Part shown: one piece after another, positions 42,401-53,563 of the stretch | Layout: every line of letters begins with the position of its first letter | Numbering within the stretch: the first letter of the stretch is position 1 | Assembly (NCBI GenBank): GCA_024679065.1 | Contig: JAGIQG010000027.1 | Span: forward strand, 4,650,001 to 4,714,000 | DNA length: 64,000 nt | Reading direction: 5' to 3' | DNA from: Sphyrna mokarran | Lineage: Eukaryota | Program-made: the position numbers and the translations under genes | Notes under the pieces: generated by a model | Seen by the model: only the letters and a program-made list of their open reading frames with translations | Databases searched by the model: none | What the model was told of the DNA's origin: nothing

Positions 42401-44056
42401 ACCATTATTCGTGATTACTTTGGCCTCCAAAACTTACATCAAGCCGTTTGCTTATTTAATTCTAAAACACAATCTCTTCCTCAAGAACTTACGCGGCATT
42501 CATGCACGTAGGCATTAATAAACAATGCATACTTCCAATTTTAAAACATACGCCGCTGAAAGGCAGGATTTAACTTGGTAAATATGTGTTGAGTTTAAAT
42601 AACATTTATTTTGCATCCCCTCCCATAAAACCCTTGGGATTTTGAACAATTAAAATAACGCGTATCATCCACAACATCACAAAGAACATCCTTGCACAGA
42701 GCTTTTTTTAATATGTTACATGACTGGTTTATCTTTATCCCGATGATGTTGAAATTTGCCACGGAGGCCACAAATGTTCTGAAATCTAAAGCTCAGAATC
42801 CAAGAGGTTCAAGATAAGAATTATTGCGCCGATTAAAGGACACGGAGGCAGTATTGAGTGCAGAACATCGTCTGATGCTGGTGTCTGCTTGGTGAAAACG
42901 AGCCATATATAATTCTAAGATATTTTAAATCAGATTTATACAATTACGGTGACAGCAATTGCAGCAGGAACACCGCGCAGTGATTGTTTAAGGAAGAATT
43001 GCAATCACAACGCTGAATGTAATTGAAGAAACCGTTTTGAAAGGGTGACATTATTTTTCTAGATTGGAAACACGGTTCAGTAGCGACTCATTAACAGAGC
43101 TTCATTGAACGGGGTTGGGGAGGGGTGGGGGTGGGGAGCTGCAGTGGGGGTGGGTGAATGGCGGGGGTAGGAGGGTGGAAGGAAAGCGATGGGCACTTAC
43201 AGCAAAATGGCGTCCGAAGACTAATTGCCTGGGAGAAACATACATATGCTGATCTCTAGAAACTTACGCAAATGCTGTGTGTTACACGATGCCAAATAAT
43301 AGTATGAGATTCAACAATAGACAGTCAATGCTAACGGAAAGTTAGTTCTAAACTAACACCTGAACTAATACTTTGCCTGGCTTATTCTAAGCGTTTATAA
43401 TTCAAAATCTAAATAAAGTGACTTTTGCATTTAAACTGATTAAACGTTTGGCCCTCGCCTCTGAGTCCAAACTAATGGTTGTGATCTGATCATCCACGAA
43501 CCCCCCATTCCCCCACCCCTGCTCGCCCAACTCCCTCACCTCCTCTGTTTCTCCTTGTCTCTCTCTCAGTCGTTGGGGGTCGTTTTCGTAGAAATGTACA
43601 TATATAGGGAATTTTAAATACTGAACCGTTCCATATACAACATGTTTACTGGGTATATCAGTGACATTGTAATGTTATCGAATATTCAAATACTTGCATT
43701 TGCGCTGCTCCTTTAATAGAGAAAACAAACTTCCAATGATAATATCTACATAGTACTCAAGAAAAATCTAAATTAACAACCACATTGGAATATCAACATT
43801 TTAGGCCTGTACGAATCTGTTCATTTTCAGTTTCTTCATGCGGAGTCCGTACAAAGTGACTAAGAAGGAAACTTGCCTATTTTCTCTTAGAAAACCGATT
43901 GTCAGTAAATAAAGTTAAAGCAATGGAAGATGAACTCGAATCTCTGCACAATGGTTGCTAACAACACGGATTCGTATTTGTTACGAAGCGGTAATTGTAG
44001 TCTTTTATTTTCCAAGATGGGTGTATATTAATGCATTTAAAACATAATGGAAACTG

Positions 44057-45690
44057 CATGTTAATTTGAAACGACCCAATTATATTGACTTACAAATATT
44101 AGCCAATTTTGCCAATTGTAAGCTCGGAGTGCCTCATAACTAATAGATTTCTAATTTAAAATTATGTTGAAACAGAAGTGAACTTCATAGTTAATCAATT
44201 TCTTGCGATATTTCTGCATCTTTAATGTAATTTCGTTGCAATGTAACCACTGTACAATGTTCCAGCCAGACTCCTTTGGAAACCAATCCAAGCTCGGTCG
44301 GTAGCGTTCAAAACAGAGCTTAAAACTACAGAACTTACAGGAAGACGGTGTCATGGTTAAGTTCGGAACTTGGATCCCGGCACTTTTTTACATTTAATTT
44401 CGGGATCTCACGTGAATGAAATGAATGAAACGCGACACAACGAAACAAACCATGGAACAGGCCACACAATGAACCAGGAGACTACTTTCCGACAGAAATT
44501 TTCCCTCGAAACATCGGTTTACGGTTAACCGCGTGAAATGGAGTCAGTTCACATTTCGGCTCGTGATTAATATGTCCCTTACTGGCAGCATAAATCAAAC
44601 TGGCTTAGTCAAGAATGCTCCTCTGTATTTAACTATTTGCCTGTCTTTCTATTTTGTCACAATTCTGCCAATTGTAGATGACGTGATAATTTGCCGTCTT
44701 TCAGCCCTTTAATCCATGATTGCAAAACTGTGTAATCTTTTTCCCGGATTGGCCTGTTTCGCAGGCAGGTCAAATTCAAACTTCGTTCAATAAATTACAG
44801 TTTGCTGTTCACCTCTGTTGTGCGAATCTTTCGATGTCCTTCTATTATTTGTTCCCTGAACTTTTAAATTCAATTCCAATCAACCCTCCGCATGTGTCCA
44901 CTTCAATTCCCTCGAAGTGGAGGCGATATCTCCGCATCTTTCTTTCTATAGACTATTTGAAACTCTTCCATGCTCCTTCTGAAGTAAAGCAAAGCTGTTC
45001 TGCATAATTCTCCAGGATAATAAACAGAAACTCGACACCCACAAAAGTGAGGCCTGAACATTCTAACAATAGTTGAGTAAGATATATGAACGTTCTGTAA
45101 TACAGCCCAACAATAACCCCTCCTCTTACCTAAATTAAGCAATGTTCCAGATTGAACTGTAACCGACATTTTTTAAAAGCCATTGATACTTTTAAAGGTA
45201 CAAATTCAGATATGAGAGAGATATGTGCTCAATTCCGGGATTTGGAAAATGGCGTCTCTAAATGAAATGCAGATTCCGAGTTCATTAAGTTAAATGAGAT
45301 CTGACAACTGATTGGGCGATCATCAGTAAGTTACAGTTTGTTAGCTTCCCATCATCATCAAGCCAGAGTTCTCGCCGTTTTATAGAACGAAGATAGCAGA
45401 ATGATCACTGGTCAACACTTCTGACTCATTAATAGTCCAAATAAATCCGTCCACTGGCCTATTTGTCGGTACCCAACGGCCCTGCAGTGCATCATTTGCA
45501 CCTATTCCTCTCTGAACTTGTTTCTCACAAAGAAATATGCCGAAACTATTCGAAGACGTGTTTTTTCTAATAAATTTGCACATTTAGAGCCGTGAAGACC
45601 GAATCCTCCTGCTCTTTTCAAACCCAATCCACATTAATGATATTATGATCTCAAGTTTGCGTCTCTAAAAAAAACCCTCTCGAAGTGGAA
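44057..45690 (-). pseudogene. Possible very degenerate Hox11-like relic (candidate psi-HoxB11)
   Basis: By-eye motifs in Hox11 order: FERV (ERV at 45681), SSN-x6-VR..FRE (45556-45508), FYKT-GEN (45387), donor AG|GTAAGA (45130), then QKYRKKLINY, EVHFCFNIILN, LQLAKLANI, VNI..SFQ (44216-44057). Needs several indels, so chance cannot be excluded. Confidence 0.28.
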
Positions 45691-47280
45691 ACACTTGCAG
45701 TTTTAGCATTTGCTAAGATTGCAAATGTATCTAAATGTACCTGTCTACAATCTACATCCGTGAAACTGATCGTTTCCCGCTCAGGTGCAGACGGACAGCA
45801 AGAGAGCATCATTCCTTCGCAAAACATTCAACTCAACTCACAGAGGATCACCGTTACATTATTTTCAACTCTTGGTTTGTCTGATAGTGTGTATAACTAT
45901 AATAATTTCTCTTTCTCCCTCGAGGAACTCCAAACACTGAGTTTGACATTGACGCCTCCTGCTGCAGTCAGTCAGCCGTTCAAACTTTTATACCTGTTTT
46001 CGCAGTGTAACATCTAAGCTTTAAGGATACTCCAGCATAATGAAAAACTGCATTTCTATTTCTCCGTTAAAAAAAGTTTAAATCATTTCGTTTAGATATT
46101 TCTCAGCCACCGTAACAGCAAGGTGTTCTCTCTGTAAATGGAGAAAGAATTATAGATTCGGAACACCTGCAGATTTGTTGTTTGATTGTCTTGACTTCAC
46201 TAATTTAAGCTATATTTTTTCAGTACGTTTGAGATTTCATCAAAGCGACATTTACTTGACGCAGAATTAAAAGTTTGATTTTAGTTATTATTCTTGTTAT
46301 TACCGCTCGAAAATTAGAATAAATAAAAATTAAAATGATCTTCTCAATCGCCAGTTTTTCAGTTTTATCAGATTGAAAAGACTTATATATAACCCGGTCA
46401 TCTTAGCCAAACTAGCAGCCAGAAAAATGCGTCCGTGTTAATTCCATCTCAAAGCCAGTTTTAAATCATTACAAACAACGTATTTTATCTCGGCAAAGAT
46501 GGAAAAGGAGAATTTCATGTAGAATAAAAGGAATAACATTGCTTATTTGTTTTACTTGGTTCCATGTTCGCGGTAGGCTATATTATTTATCTATATTACT
46601 TAATTGTGAGCAAACTTCTCACAACCTTGCCATAAATTCGCCGATTTTGACTTTCTGGTATCACTTTCAACATGAACTTGGAACAATAAGGATCTTATCT
46701 GTCCGTACATGCAACCTTAGACAGTTATGAGCATTTACTACACATAATACTTTATGAATGACTTTCCAAAGAATATTTGGGACTGTAAACTGATTCTGCA
46801 CAAAATAATTTTTGAAAACACCATTCAATCAGTTCAGCACATAAATAAAGTTGCAACTATTTCACTGCACAAAATTAAATGTAAGCTCTTCCTCAATAAA
46901 TATTTTTGGTCGTGTTACAAAATTAAGGAACACTGTCACATTGTTCGAAAATAATGGACTCTTTCACTGTCGCTCGCGAGACGATATTTACTCCATAAGC
47001 TAGGAGGATTTTGTAAGATCTTTTCCTGAGGATTTTCATGTGGCACTTCACAAGAAATGATGCAAACCTATTAAAAGATACTCTCCATTATCGGTTTTAA
47101 TTTAGTCATTGGAATAATGTAATTTATAAATGGGGCTGGTAAGTTCGTAAAGTATGATTTTTATTTTTACAATATAAATTATTCGTGAAGCTGTGTATCC
47201 CTGTTAGTTGTGCGTTAGTTAACATGCATATCGGATTAAACATTGCAAAGGCAGAAAGATTCATCACAAAGGTGTACTAG

Positions 47281-47294
47281 AGGTCAAAAGGTCA
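47281..47294 (+). promoter_or_regulatory. Perfect DR2 nuclear-receptor element (RARE-type)
   Basis: AGGTCA-AA-AGGTCA. Confidence 0.5.
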
Positions 47295-49880
47295 ATAATT
47301 TTGTACCGATTATACATCCAAATAGGTAGTCAAAGATTCTGGTTGCTTAAGGTTTGGAAATGATAAGTCTTCGGCATTTGTAAAATCTATTTGCAAATTG
47401 TCTCCATATCGAAACTATTTTGTCATAGGTTCACACAGCATTGGACAAACTGGAAAAAGAAGTCGTAACAGCAACACTTCAAATTTCCACTTGAGGTCGC
47501 TGTTGGTTCATAAATGAGCCGAAGGAGACCTTGACCTTTATGCGTCTATCTGGAATTCAATTCGAGGATACAAAAGCATTTTTTTGTACTTCTATCGGTA
47601 GCATTAAAAACATTAGCAAAGTTAGATTCCATAGCATATCACAATTTCAGAGGCTTTCACATCTGTTTATTATAATTATAAAATAAAATACAAAAATAAA
47701 ACAGCTAAAGAACTCGCTTCCTAATTGCTTTTAATAACATTCATATGTGAATCGCTTTTTTGTCTTACATGTTTTATATTTAACTTCTATCGATTTAGAA
47801 TATGGTGTGTGGGGGGGTAACGACCACTGTGTTGAATGGATTGTCTCTTTATATATTATAGAATAACAGATCAGTTATTTTTAAAGCTCTGGTTGAAAGG
47901 TTGTCTGTGAATTGTTCAGTACGTGTCGGGGCTTCCTGCCAGGGTCAACGGTTGATGCTGGTATTCATGCAGTTTTAAGTTACAAAATAGGAAGGTCGGG
48001 AAATATATGCCACTTTGAAAGATCACTGTACATTAAGCTGTCTTTCATTCTTTACTATTTTTCCAATTAGCCACTTCAAACTCTTAGACTAACCTTCCTG
48101 CTGCTTTCAGTTAGTGACTCACAAAACAAAAACAGGCTATTCAACTGATGCAAAACATTTTTATCAGTCTGCACATTTTTCCCTGGTTCAGCATCCACTA
48201 AAGTTCGATTATCATAAAGATAACGAGCAAATTAGCATAATTAGCAGATTAACCTGAAATGAAATGAATCAGTCCTTTAATTGTGAGTAATACTGGCAGC
48301 AACATTGCGATTAACATTTACTTTCGAGCTTTTTTTTTCAACGAACTTGGCGAATTCTACACTTAAAATTATAACTGAAACAAGATATTTCTTGCAGAGC
48401 GGATCATCTGCAATGCAATATCAGGCAGAATGTTGAGCGTGTTTATTTTTTCGATGCTTTTCTTCAGCAAAGGATAAAAAAACACATTCTGTGATCAGTC
48501 TCGAAAACTAAATATTAAAAAATAAAGAAAGTTTGTGTAAAATCAAACTTTGTTGAAAAACTTGAAACTACTCCCAATGCCAGGGATCGAAAACAAACAC
48601 TGGAACCCCAATGGAGCAGCTGAAAATCAAACAATTGATTATAAATTGGAGCATTATTTGTAAACAGCGCAAATCAGCAGCAAATTAGGCGAAACTAAGC
48701 TAACCAAACATATAACAAAATACCTGGACTTAGTTGGTTTTAAAATTAGGAATCTAAAATAACGAGCTTGGGAGTTCTAACATCAGGTGTTACTGAAATG
48801 GAAGATTTGCCAAAGCAAGGCAGATCGAGCACATTTGCTCAGTTGCGATATTTGCTTGTTAACAAGATGAAATTGCAGAACTAAAAATCAACGTGGGGGT
48901 GAATGTCAAGCAGGAGGTCCCCGGGAATTATACTACTGCGCGAGAATTCTGAAAATGCAGTGAAGGAGTTAGAGTCCGATATAAAGGCAGCGGGGTTCTG
49001 ATTTCCCGAGGTATCTGGATTTTCTGGTTTGCTGGCTGCCTTTAATTTGTCTGATGTGTTATTCCCGCCCTTGCGTTCATCAATCTCCCGTTTCAATTTA
49101 ATAAAAGCTTCAACAATCCACACAGGGCCCAAAACATTACGTCTAAGAATCCCTCTCTCGCCAGAGTAATCTCTGGCTACCAGAAACGTGCAGTCACTCA
49201 CCTGTCAGATTGTTACGGTCTGTTTAGAGGTTTCCCCCAGACACTCATTTGTTGCTTTAGTGCAGCATTTCTCCAACCCCTCAATGACCATGGGCCGTAG
49301 GCACTGTGCTCGTTTCCTCTCGCCGTTCGAATACCCGCTGCAGAGTTGATAGCACAGTGCATAATAATACTGCTATTAGGGCTTGACGCTGATTGCGCCA
49401 CCCTGCGCATTATGCAGATTTCCCGCCGTTACTGTTAAGCTTTTCAAAAGAACGCTTCGGCTTACACAGGCAGCTGTTGTATTTATACGAAGTCGGTGCG
49501 GTGTGTACTTTCCGCCTCGTTTAATCAGTGGGATTTATGCCAAGGAAGGTACATTTCAAAATGAGTCGTTAACATGTTATTAAAGATCAGTGAAATCTAA
49601 CTGTAGCCATGGCAACGGTTGTTGTCTCTTATTGGCGTAACATGGCAAGGTTACAGAAGACTACCTACTGCGTCAGTCGCTGGAAGAGTCATCTTCCACA
49701 CAGATTGTTACTAAATAGATTCACTTTCCGTCAATGGGAAAATCCAGCGCCAACGTTGAACTTCTTTTTAATTCTTCTTTCTTCTGCTTTGAGGCCACTT
49801 GGAACCATTAACAGATCGTGAAATTGATCCGTTTGCGGAGTGTTTTAGAAGTTTGTTCTGTTAATGGAATGTGCTTGTCT

Positions 49881-49910
49881 TGACCTCGGGGTCAAAGGTG
49901 ACCTTGACCT
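49881..49910. promoter_or_regulatory. Dense nuclear-receptor half-site cluster
   Basis: TGACCT-CG-GGGTCA-A-AGGTGA overlapping TGACCT-TGACCT: five half-sites forming a DR1, a perfect DR0 and a TCAAGGTCA (ERR/NR5A-type) site. Confidence 0.5.
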
Positions 49911-51099
49911 GAAGGAAGTTCAAAGACAGTGCTTATTAGACCAGAAGAAGAAAAGGCGGTTAGGCATTTAAAGCAGCTGGATTTTCTGAGAAAGAGGCAG
50001 AGAGAAAGAGAGGTAAGATAAAAAGCGAGATGGGAAAGAATGAAGGCGAGACAAGGGGATGAAGAAAAGGAAGATGCGGAGAGGAGGACACAGAGTGAGA
50101 AGGTTAAAAAAAAATGGAAGCAGAAGTTTACTGTGAATCGAGCAGCATCTTTGAAGGAAAGAATGATATCATTTTGGCAGAATGATACAATTCCTCTTTT
50201 AATTATAAATGCTCAGTCATGGTAGTTTTTTTTATTAAATAGGCCAGGCAGCGGGGATAGAAAAAGGCGGAGAGTCAGATAGTCCCAGGTAGAGACATGA
50301 AAATAGAAGTCAGAAAAAGACGTGGAAAAAATGAAAACGGAATCGATAACTGTACATCACGGGGCTGGGGGAGGGGTGACACAGGCAGGGAAGAATGAGA
50401 TCATAACATATCAGAGAGCCAAAAAATAGGAAATATGGATCATTAATTGAATTGTCAGAAAATGCGTATGTCTCTTTCCCTATTACACGGATCTCGAAGA
50501 ACAATCTAAGTCTGATTTCATTGATATAAATGCACCAAAACAAATGCACGTGGCAGAGAAATAAAATTAGCCGAAAGATTAAACCACAATGATGAACATA
50601 GCCCAAATGATCAAAACTCCACCTCAAGAAGAAAGGTGGAAAATTTGTACAGATTTTTGTACACACTGTTGAACTTATTGTCCCCAAAAAACCCGTTTAT
50701 TTCACCGCATAGCGTTCTGGTCTTCCCCATTTCAATTGTACATTTGGGAAGCTGAGCATCACAAAGTGGCTCTCGTGTGGAAGCAAAGCCAGTCAGTGCT
50801 TAAAAAGTTTGCAGGATTGTATCCAAGGGTCAACATGGCCGCTCCAGTTCTCACTCCCCACCTCCCTCCCCGCCGCACCTCTCGCTACCCCCGACCTTGC
50901 AGTAAGAACTTGAATTTTTGGATTAATCTTCGTCCAATCAATTAGTTTTAGTTTAAAGAACAAATAAGTTTAAACTCAGCAGGAGAGGGAGAGAGATCTT
51001 GTTTTAGCTGATAGTCACAAAGAAACAATTGGCGTGCGTCAGGGTGGTTCTTAGCTTCTCCCCACACCCATTTAATGACTTCAGTTCAACTTTCCACAG

Positions 51100-52085
51100 T
51101 CACACAGACAGGGAGATATAAGAACGGACAATAGTGGAGAAAGAGACACGGACAAGGAGAGAGGTACAAGACACAGACAAGGAGAGAGAGAGAGACAAAC
51201 ACGGACAGAAGGAAAGAGACAGGCACAGACAAGGAGAGGAAGAGAGAGGCAAACACAGACAGCGAGAGAGAGAGACAAACACAGATAAGGAGAGGGAGAA
51301 AGAGAGACAGTCACAGACAAGGAGAGAGAGANNNNNNNNNNNNNNNNNNNNNNNNNNNNNNNNNNNNNNNNNNNNNNNNNNNNNNNNNNNNNNNNNNNNN
51401 NNNNNNNNNNNNNNNNNNNNNNNNNNNNNNNNNNNNNNNNNNNNNNNNNNNNNNNNNNNNNNNTCACAAAGAAACAATTGGCATCGTGCGTCAGGGTGGC
51501 TCTTAGCTTCTCCCCACACCCATTTAATGGCTTCAGTTCAACTTTCCACAGACACACAGAAAGGGAGATATAAGGACGGACAATAGTGGAGAAAGAGACA
51601 CGGACAAGGAGAGAGGTACAAAACAACAGACGAGAGAAAGAGAGAGACAGACACAGTCAAGGAGAGGGAGAGAGAGAAAAACAAACACAGACAAAGTGAG
51701 AGAGATAGACGGAGACAAAAGAGAGAGACAAACACAGACAAGGAGAAAGAAAGACAGGCACAGACAAGGAGAGCCGGAGAGAGAGAGACAGACACAGACA
51801 AAGAGAGAAAGATACAGTTAAGGAGAGGGAGAGAGAGAGACAGATACAGACAAAGAGAGAAAGATACAGTTAAGGAGAGGGAGAGAGAGAGACAGATACA
51901 GACAAGGAGAGAGAGAGACAGACAGAGACAAGGAGAGACAGACAGATAAGGAGCGAGAGAGAGAGACAGAACAAACAAGGAAAGAAAGACATAGACAAGG
52001 AGAGAGAGAGGGGCAGACACAGAGAAGGTGAGACAGGCAAACACACAGACGAAAGTATCAGAAACGGATAGGGAGAGAGACACAG
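51100..52085. repeat. GA/CA-rich compound simple repeat containing a 132-N assembly gap (51332-51463)
   Basis: Reiterated ACAGACAAGGAGAGAG-like units on both sides of the gap. Confidence 0.9.
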
Positions 52086-52739
52086 AAAATCTTTCAGAAT
52101 GTTGACAAAGAAGTACATCTTTATATCTTTACAAACGTGCTGGACGCATACCATGTGTACACTGCGTATACGTTGGACACGATTTATGTATATGGTACGG
52201 AAATGTCGAGTGCGTGCAGAATGATAATAGGTTAGACACATACCATGTACACAATGGATACAAGTTGGATACATGTTGAGTCGGCGCCAGTGTTTGCTGG
52301 TCCAGTGTTAGGCGCATGATGGGTTTGTTAGGTGCATAAAGATTACATGCTGGCTGTTGGCAATATATGATGGGCACATGTTTACTGCACGCTAGCTCCA
52401 TGATAAGCACATGGTGTACATCAAGACTACATGTTCGCTACATGTTTGGTATACGCTAGGCGTATGCTAAATACGCGTGCGCAATATGGTGATTTGAGTC
52501 ATCTTTGCGCACATTGGGTCTATGTAGCGGTATGTGGTTTCCATGTGTAAGCTGAAGACATCCAATGCCAACTCGCCACCATTTCCTATAAAAGAAAAAT
52601 GTTTTTAGAGTGGAATTAGATGAGCAGAAAATTCCTCCAACGAAGTATTGGGTAGGTAGAGGCATTACATTCTGTCCCACAGAGCCACTGACCTCACTCC
52701 TCTCCCAGGAAACTACTTAAGGCTCTCTTTGACAGTACG

Positions 52740-53250
52740 AAAACTTAATGCCATATTAGACACCGGAAAGGGCTCGCAAAAAACATATCTACAACCTCAC
52801 TAAGACTGTTTGATTCAGCCTCCATAGCATTGCCAACGTCATCTCCGCCTCAACTCATTTACTAGTGAAACCCTAAACTTTCCCTTTGTTACTTCTGGAT
52901 TTGACTATCTCAAAAAAACTCCAGACTGGCTTCCTGTCTCCTACCGCGCCTCCCCACCCCCCACCATTACCTTGAGGCTATTCAAAAAGGCTCAACTTTG
53001 ACCAAGTTCCATCCACCCATCACCCTTGTGCTTCTTGAACTAACTGATCTCGAGTTAACCAACATCTCAATGGTAAAATTGTCATCCGAATTTAAATCTC
53101 TTCATAACTTCGCCCCTCCTTATCTCTGCAACCGCCACCACCTCCTGCTCCAGCAACCTCCCTCCCGAACCCTACATCCCTCCGATGTTTAAATTCATGT
53201 AATTCTGGCTCTTCTACATTCCAATTCAGATGCATTAAAAGCGTGAGCTC
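52740..53250 (+). mobile_element. Degenerate LINE (L2-like) 3' fragment
   Basis: Segments such as TTGACTATCTC, CACCCATCACCCTTGTGCT and CGCCCCTCCTTATCTCTGCAACC resemble the 3' part of L2-clade elements; no intact ORF. Confidence 0.5.
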
Positions 53251-53271
53251 GCCTTCCTAAATCTTCCTTAA

Positions 53272-53563
53272 GATAGAGTTCCTACAGTGCAAAAGCAGTC
53301 TACACCTCCCCAATAATCCCAGTGAGGCTCTTTCCCCGTAACGCCACGCATTTACCCTGCTCAGCCCCCTGATTCTAGCATGACCAATCTACATAACCTG
53401 CACATCTTTGGAGTCTGGGATGAAACCGGAGCACCCAGAGGAAACCCTGGCAGACACGGGGTGAATGTGCAAACTCAACATAGTCACCCAAGGCCGGAAC
53501 TGAACACCAGTCCTTGGAACTGTGAGGCAGCAGTGCTAACCACAGTGCTACCGTGCCGCCCCC
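53272..53563 (-). mobile_element. tRNA-derived SINE (HE1/V-SINE type)
   Basis: Minus strand GGCGGCACGGTAGCACTGTGGTTAGCACTGCTGCCTCACAG head with A/B-box-like motifs, V-domain GAGTTTGCACATTC...GGGTGCTCCGGTTTC...CCAAAGATGTGCAGGTTA, tail TGCACTGTAGG. Confidence 0.9.

Noticed and set aside
51015-51620. About 155-nt duplication on either side of the N gap (starting 51015 and 51464)
   Set aside because: The second copy starts exactly at the gap edge and differs only slightly; most likely uncollapsed alleles or a scaffolding overlap.
51081-52274. Several long ORFs (134-181 aa) rich in S/L/C/V or R/E/D
   Set aside because: Translations of the GA/CA simple repeat, some running through Ns.
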